Shown here in pieces: positions 57,490-64,000 of a stretch of 64,000 nucleotides of DNA (position 1 is its first letter; each line of letters starts with the position of its first letter). The DNA lies in assembly GCA_964016885.1 (NCBI GenBank), contig OZ024744.1, forward strand, positions 113,584,001-113,648,000. Reading direction: 5' to 3'. Source of the stretch: Eledone cirrhosa (taxonomy: Eukaryota). The notes below the pieces were generated by a model. That model did no database searches. It was not told where the DNA came from and worked only from the letters and a program-made list of their open reading frames with translations. Position numbers and translations under genes: made by a program.

Positions 57490-60357
57490 CTAACTTCAAA
57501 AAACGTGACAATCACCTGATCACCTATAGATCCGGGGAACACACAAGCCAGGTAGATTATATCCTTACCAGAAGACGTGACAGAGTGTCTGTTGTTAACA
57601 CTAAATCCCTCCCTCATGAAGAATGCACCTCCCAACATAGACTGATAATTAGCGACCTCATAGTCAGGACGAGACGTACTCGACAACAGAAGAGGACTAT
57701 CCTCAGGAGGAAAATATGGAAGCTAAAGGACCCCACAGCCAGGAATAAATTTCAAAGCATATTACTTGATGCTTTCGACAGTAAGGAAGAACATTTAGAG
57801 TCGGACAATATAGAGGGAGAGTGGGAATTTCTGAAAGCAAACCTGCTGTTGGCGACAGACGAGGTCTGTGGCTGGAGCAGGCCTGTAGGCAGGAGGAGAG
57901 TAACATGGTGGTGGAACAGTAAGGTGGAGGGGTCAATTAAGGCCAAAAAGCAGGCTTGGAAAGTATGGCGGGATGGGGGAAGTAGAGAGGACTATCAAGT
58001 GGCCAGGAGGGAAGCTAGGAGACAAGTGTACTTAGCAAGAAGGGAAGCTGAGGAAAGAAAGTTCAAGCATGTTCTACAACGCGATGACCAAAAACGTGAG
58101 GTGTTCAGGATTGCTAGGCAATGCGTCAAGGAAAACCGTGATATTGTCGGGGAGAAGTGTGTACTAAACGACGATGGCACACTTGCCATCACCGACGCTG
58201 ATAAGAAGGTAGCTTGGAAGTGTCACTATGAAAGGCTTCTAAATGAGGAGAATAATTGGGAGAAAGGCAGTCTCCCCATATCGACCCAATAGAGGGACCA
58301 GCAGTGTTAGTCGAGGGGAGTATAATAAGTAAGGCAATCAAGGATATGAAGACTGGTAAGGCGGCTGGGCCTTCGGAAATAGTTGCTGAGATGCTGAAGG
58401 CATCTGGCACGTTGGGACACACCATGGTCACCCGCATAGTTAACCAAGTCGTACAGAATGGGGTTGTTCCGAAGGACTGGCATAGCAGCATCATCGTTAA
58501 CTGTTATAAGGGTAAAGGAGACGCCCTAGATAGGAGTAACTATAGAGGCATTAAATTAATCGACCAGGTCATGAAGGTCACGGAAAGAGTAATAGCGCAA
58601 CTAATCAGAGAGAGAATAGACCTAGATGAAATGCAGTTCGGGTTTGTGTCAGGCAAAAGTACCACAGACGCTCTTTTCATAGTACGACAACTACAGGAGA
58701 AGTACCTAGCTAAAGGTAAACCCCTCTACTTAGCTTTTGTCGACTTGGAGAAAGCCTTCGACAGAGTCCCCCGCTCCATTATCTGGTGGGCTCTTAGAAA
58801 ACTAGGCGTTGACGAATGGCTTGTGAGGGCTATACAAGCCATGTATAAAGAAACAGTCAGCAAGGTTAGAATTAACAACGAATATAGTGAAGAGTTTAGC
58901 GTAAAAGTTGGCGTCCATCAGGGCTCTGTTCTCAGTCCACTACTATTTATTATTGCCCTTCAGGCTATAACAGAGGAGTTCAAGACAGGCTGCCCATGGG
59001 AACTCCTATACGCAGACGACCTGACACTCATAGCGGAATCAATGGCCGAGCTAGAGAAGAAATTCCAAACATGGAAGCACGGCCTAGAGTCAAAAGGACT
59101 TAAAATTAACCTGGCTAAGACCAAAGTACTAGTTTGTAGGAAAGAAAACAAGGCGGCGGTCCCTTCTGGGAAATGGTCGTGCTCGGTGTGTAGGAAAGGC
59201 GTAGGTAGAAACTCCATTTTATGTCCTAAATGCAAAGTATGGGTGCATAAAAGATGTAGTGGGATCACAGGTAAGCTAACTAAGAACATAGATTTTACAT
59301 GTGGCCGGTGCTCTGGTGCAATAAGTAGCAGCAAGTGCCCACAAACTACTAGCTCTTTCAATTGCGCAGAGGGTTCTATAGAAATAGTGGACAGCTTCCG
59401 TTACCTGGGCGATAAAATCAGCAGTGGGGGAGGGTGCTCTGAAAGTACTGTAGCTAGAGTCAGAACTGGTTGGAAAAAGTTCAGAGAGCTTATACCACTA
59501 TTAGCTGCTAAAGGGTTCTCACTAAAAATGAAAGGCAGGTTGTACGATGCCTGCATACGAACAGCAATGCTGCATGGCAGTGAGACCTGGGCATTGTGTG
59601 CAGAGGATATACGCAGACTAGAGAGGAACGAAGCTTGCATGCTCCGCTGGATGTGTAACAGTAATATACGTGAACGGCAAAGCATAAACGAACTAAGGAA
59701 AAAATTAGAGATAAGAGGGATCAGATGTTGTTTACTCGAGAGAAGGCTACGTTGGTATGGACACGTGATGCGCATGAAAGTCGATAGCTGTATAACAAAG
59801 TGCAGGGCAATAAAGATAGACGGTAGTCACGGAATAGGCAGACCTAGAAAAACCTGGGACGAGCTGATAAACTCCGACATCACACACTTACACCTCTCCA
59901 AGACAATGTCACTGGACCGAGACCTTTGGCGGTACTCAGTAACAGAGAAGACCCGCCTTACCTAAATATATAGTAAAACCTACTCCAGCCAGTAGGCATC
60001 TCTAACAAAATACACCCCGTCCCACCACCACCACCCGATCCACACCACCCCGTTCTATGTAAAGTTATGTTGGTGCCGCGCCATCGAGGCCGAAACAAAT
60101 GAGATCGTGTAGGTGTCACGACAAAAAAACACACAGTCCACGCTGTAATGTGGCCGTGTAGGCAACACGGTAAAAACCTCCCAGACCCACACTGTAAATG
60201 TGGTTGGTGTTAGGAAGGGCATCCAACTGTAGAAAACCTGCCAGACAGTCCTATGCGAGCAAGACAATCACTCTTGCCTCAAGTGGGACTACCCCCGTCC
60301 AAACCCATGCAAGCGTGGAACACGGCCGTTAAACGTTGATGATGATGATGATGATGA
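57490..60357 (+). mobile_element. RTE LINE family B, 5'-truncated within EN; one frameshift (~58272); ORF otherwise open to 59965
   Basis: TNF..SQVDYIL..QHRL (EN end), full RT (QFGF, DLEKAFD, QGSVLSP, YADD), Cys-rich insert, C-terminus, 3' UTR and (GAT)n. Confidence 0.96.
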
Positions 60358-60522
60358 TATATATACATACATATATATATACATACATATATATATATAC
60401 ATACATATATATATACATACATATAACTTTGAAATAACTTTGAAATAACTTTGAAATGTTTTGGCCAGTATTGGCCCAGGCCATGTCTAACTTAATAGCA
60501 CCACCTGGCGAAGTCTTTCAAT

Positions 60523-63500
60523 TCAGGATTTGGGCACCATGGCCCATTCGAGAAGAGAATTACTGTTTGCGGAGACATATCCGGGTGTGGGTGGTTTGTC
60601 CGGGATTACTTGGAGGAATTTGTCCAAAGACTTCTTGAAATTTGTGTGGTCAGTTTCTGTTTTGACGTGTCCTGGTGTGATGTTGAAGAGAGCAGGGCCG
60701 ATTGAGGTGAAATAATTGTGCCGTATTGTTGTTATGAGTTGCGATTTAGATTTTTGAATGGGACGGATAGCACGGGGCCCAAGCCTTGGGTGTATCTTGA
60801 AGGCGATGCCAACATCATTTGGGCAGTGATGATGGAACATTTTCCACATCATGCAGATAATATAACGCTCACGGCGACGTTAGAGTGAGTAAAGTTTCAG
60901 GTTTTCTAATCGACCCCAGTAGTCAAGGTCTGACATGCCATCTATCTTTTTCGTGATTGCCCTTTGAGGAGCTTCAAGTTTCATGATACTTTGTTTCGTG
61001 TGGGGAGACCACAGTGGACAACAGTATTCAAGGTGTGGTCGGGCGAAAGTAGAGAAGAGAAGGATAATGGTGCGGGAATCTCTCGACTGGAAGGTTCTGA
61101 GGATCCAGGAACACATTCTGCGGGCCATGTCAACTTTGCTGCTTATATGCGTGGTCCAGCTTATGTTGCTGTCCATGGTTACTCCCAAGTCTCTGATGTT
61201 GTTAGATGCCACGAGAGTTTCCCCGGAGGGAAGGGAGTACGGCAGTTTCAGAGCATCCTCTTTTCCAAAGTGGATCAGTTCGAATTTGTCTTCGTTCAGT
61301 AACATGTTGTTCTTTTCTGCCCATTGGGTAACAGCCAGTAGGTCTGACTGAAGGCTTATCCGGTCATCCACGCCATTGATGACCTTTTGGAGCTTGGAAT
61401 CATCAGCGAAAATTTTAATGTTGCTGTGTTTGATGATGTCAGTGATGTCATTAATATAGATGATGAAGAGAAGTGGGCCCAACACAGTGCCTTGTGGGAC
61501 CCCACTACTGACTTTGGCTGGGCTTGATTTGACTCCCTCAACTACAATATGTTGGGTTCTGTTTGACAGGAAGCTCTTGATCCACTGCAGCAGCTTTCCA
61601 GTGACACCAATATTGGACAGCTTTCGCAGTAGAATGTTATGATCAACCCTGTCAAAGGCCTTGCTGAAATCAAGGTAGATAACATCAGTGTTGGAACCCT
61701 CTCCCAAGGCTCTCAAAATGTCATCAAAGTGATGCAGTAGCTGCGTCAGGCAATCCCTTCCATTACGGAATCCATGCTGGTTGGAGTTCAGCATATTGTT
61801 ACTCTCAAGGAAGTGGGTCATTCGCGATCTCACCACTCTCTCAAATACCTTAATGATATGAGAGGTGAGTGAGATTGGACGGTAATTCACGGCAAGGGAT
61901 TTGTTTCCCTTTTTGAAAACTGGGACAACAGACTGGGATAGAAGGTTTTCTGGCACATATCCAGCATCCAGTGAGTTCCGCCACAGATTGGCAAGAGGAG
62001 ATGCAAGTTGGTGTTGACACGCCTTCAAGACACAAGCAGGGAACCTATCGGGACCTACTGCTGAATTATGCTTGATTTCCTTTATTGCCGCCAAGACATC
62101 AGGGGCGCCAAACGTTATGTCCGATAAGGTGTAATGGGGAGTAACATCGCCGATACAGCCCAGATCGGCCATATCAGGATTGCTGAAAACAGAGCAGTAT
62201 TGTTTCTGCAGTATCTCACCCATGGTTTTACCATTGTCTTGAAGAGTGCCATTTTCATCAATTAGAGGGCCAACAGTAGAGCCAGTGATTTTGTGTTTTT
62301 TTGCAAATGAAAAGAACACTTTGGGATTGAGTTTGATCTTCTCAATGGCCCAGGCCTCTTCAGCTCTTCTCTGATTGTTGATGAGGGACATTATGTTGTT
62401 TTGGAGGTTATGTTTTTTAATCTCTAGTGATGAAATGGCAGTCAAGTTGATGTGTTGCTGCTGACAGTATTTCAGCTTGTTGATTTTTTTGTTCGTTCTC
62501 TTAATTTTTCTGATGAGCGTTTTTCTATTTCTAGGGATTCTGCTCTTAGATTTGTTTATAGTTCTTAATGGGGTGTGTTTAGCACATATGTTTGTAACAG
62601 TGTCCACAAATGTCTGCCAGGACTTTTTGATGTTAGTGGGTGTATGAGTGTGCGTGAAGGACCAGTCGACATGTGCAAGATCATGACTGATCGCTTCCCA
62701 GTTTGCATTGTGGAAATCCATAGCGTCAAACGGATGGACAGGAGAGATGACATTGGGTTTGTATATTGGATGGTGGAATCTCAGATCACAGAGAACCATG
62801 TCATGATCAGAGAGTAGAGTTTTCTCCACTGCAATATTGTGGATATTGTCAGTGTGATTTCTGAAAATTAAGTCTAGGACGTTTTTGTGGCACCTCGTTG
62901 GTTCGAGCACCAGTTGGGATAGGAAGAAATCATCCATGAAGTCAAGAAGCGATTCCACAGCTTCCCTGTCAGAGGTTGAGGCAGAAGAACCTGGTGGCAG
63001 GCTGTTTGTGGACCAGTCAACTCCGGGGAGGTTGAAGTCCCCCATCATTAAGATGTTGTCAGGGTGACACTCTTGGATGAAACACTTTATGCTGTTGAGG
63101 CATTCCTTGAAGCATGGTACAGGCGTTTGGGGTGGCCTATAGAGCCCAACTACTAATAGGTTGTTGGTTTGACTGAATACAGTGACTGCTTCACAGTATC
63201 CATTAGTGAATATGTTCATAGCCTCTGTTGAGAAAGAATTATGGACATAAATGGCAGTTCCGCCCTTTCTTCTGCCAGCGCGATCAGCACGGATGGCTTT
63301 GAAATTTTTCACTTTCACCTCGGCTTCCAAGTGGAGGTTACTGAGATGGGTTTCAGTGAGGACGAAGAAAGGGATGTGGTTTGGATGGACATCAATCCAG
63401 TCCTCCAGGAATTTGATCTTCCATTTTTGAGTATTGGTGGAAGGGCTGATGCCTTGGGCGTTAAGCAAAAATGTAGAGGCGAGAGTGGATGGTTTTAATT

Positions 63501-63660
63501 GTTTTGGTGTGTTGTTAATTTGTTTGTTTGTTAATGGCAGCAATGGGAGTTTGTGCAGTGGGGTGATAGTGGAGGGTGGTGCTGGGTGATAGCTCGAATG
63601 TTTTTTTCCAGTTCTTTTGCCAGATTCATTATGGCTAAAAAAGAGGAAGAAGTTTCCTGT
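60523..63660 (-). pseudogene. LINE ORF2 (AP endonuclease-reverse transcriptase) with a single nonsense codon at 60880-60882
   Basis: Frame is open from 63660 to 60883; TAA replaces the CAA (Gln of YSLQRRRERY) seen in the 41935 copy; the same frame continues to the stop at 60523. Confidence 0.9.
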
Positions 63661-64000
63661 TTAGAAGACTGTTGGTGACTGTGGTAGTGGTTATTTTTAT
63701 GTAGGTTATGGTTTTTGTTTTTGCTTTTATTTTTAATTTTATTTTCATTTGTCCGACGGGTCCCCGGGAGATGGGTAAAGGGACAATCCCGGTCTAAACA
63801 CAATCTGTCTCGCAGGGAAAAACGGCAGATTTGTGGATTCCTTGTTTGAGTTATTGGTGGTTGTGTTGGTGTTAAATTAGAGTATGTATTATGGTGGTGG
63901 CTGTTTGTGGGGATAGATCGTTTTGTCCTAGGTAAATGGGTGAATTTGCAGCCACTATCCGTACATATTCTATAGCATAGAGAGTAGCGGCAAATGATGG
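63531..64000 (-). CDS. LINE ORF1 C-terminal part with two CCCH zinc fingers (start lies outside the window)
   Basis: IICRYSLCYRICTDSGCKFTHLP...ICRFSLRDRLCLDRDCPFTHLP (C-x8-C-x4-C-x3-H twice); open to TAA at 63531-63533. Confidence 0.85.
   Translation of the reverse strand, partial: IICRYSLCYRICTDSGCKFTHLPRTKRSIPTNSHHHNTYSNLTPTQPPITQTRNPQICRFSLRDRLCLDRDCPFTHLPGTRRTNENKIKNKSKNKNHNLHKNNHYHSHQQSSKQETSSSFLAIMNLAKELEKNIRAITQHHPPLSPHCTNSHCCH

Larger units (their letters stand above)
60424..64000 (-). mobile_element. Near full-length CR1-clade LINE (ORF1 end, ORF2, 3' UTR with 11-bp tail repeat TTTCAAAGTTA x3)
   Basis: ORF2: NAQG, LTETHL, GLYRPP, MGDFN, LDLIF, SDHD (APE) plus RT motifs; continues beyond the window end. 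Confidence 0.96.

Noticed and set aside
63625-63633. TAATG stop-start coupling for ORF2
   Set aside because: The ATG is in the ORF1 frame and the TAA is in the +1 frame; it does not initiate ORF2.

Overview
Eukaryotic, repeat-saturated genomic DNA. The SINE/LINE repertoire and very long AT/AC microsatellites suggest an octopus or other cephalopod (inference). The only host-gene sequence recognised is one 193-nt coding exon of an oxysterol-binding protein (OSBP/OSBP2-type) gene on the minus strand (10705-10897), so the rest of the window is probably intron. That remainder holds minisatellites (59, 28, 22, 47 and 77 bp units) and a ~38-kb strand-polarised (TA/CA)n field. Mobile elements include RTE-clade LINEs with (GAT)n tails, CR1-clade LINEs, Penelope-like remnants with hammerhead ribozymes, tRNA-derived SINEs, non-autonomous RTE-derived elements, two Helitrons, and maT/mariner and hAT fragments. 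Main leads: (1) a CR1-type LINE whose AUG-less ORF2 lies in the -1 frame behind two in-phase slippery heptamers (candidate programmed -1 frameshift); (2) three hammerhead motifs, one a U3-A8 variant with a GUC site; (3) a tandem H-type pseudoknot module shared by RTE UTRs, a SINE and probably a satellite; (4) a ~230-bp inverted repeat pair bracketing the OSBP exon. Long I/Y/C/M/V-rich ORFs in the track are microsatellite artefacts. Family assignments are from motif recognition by eye and boundaries are approximate.
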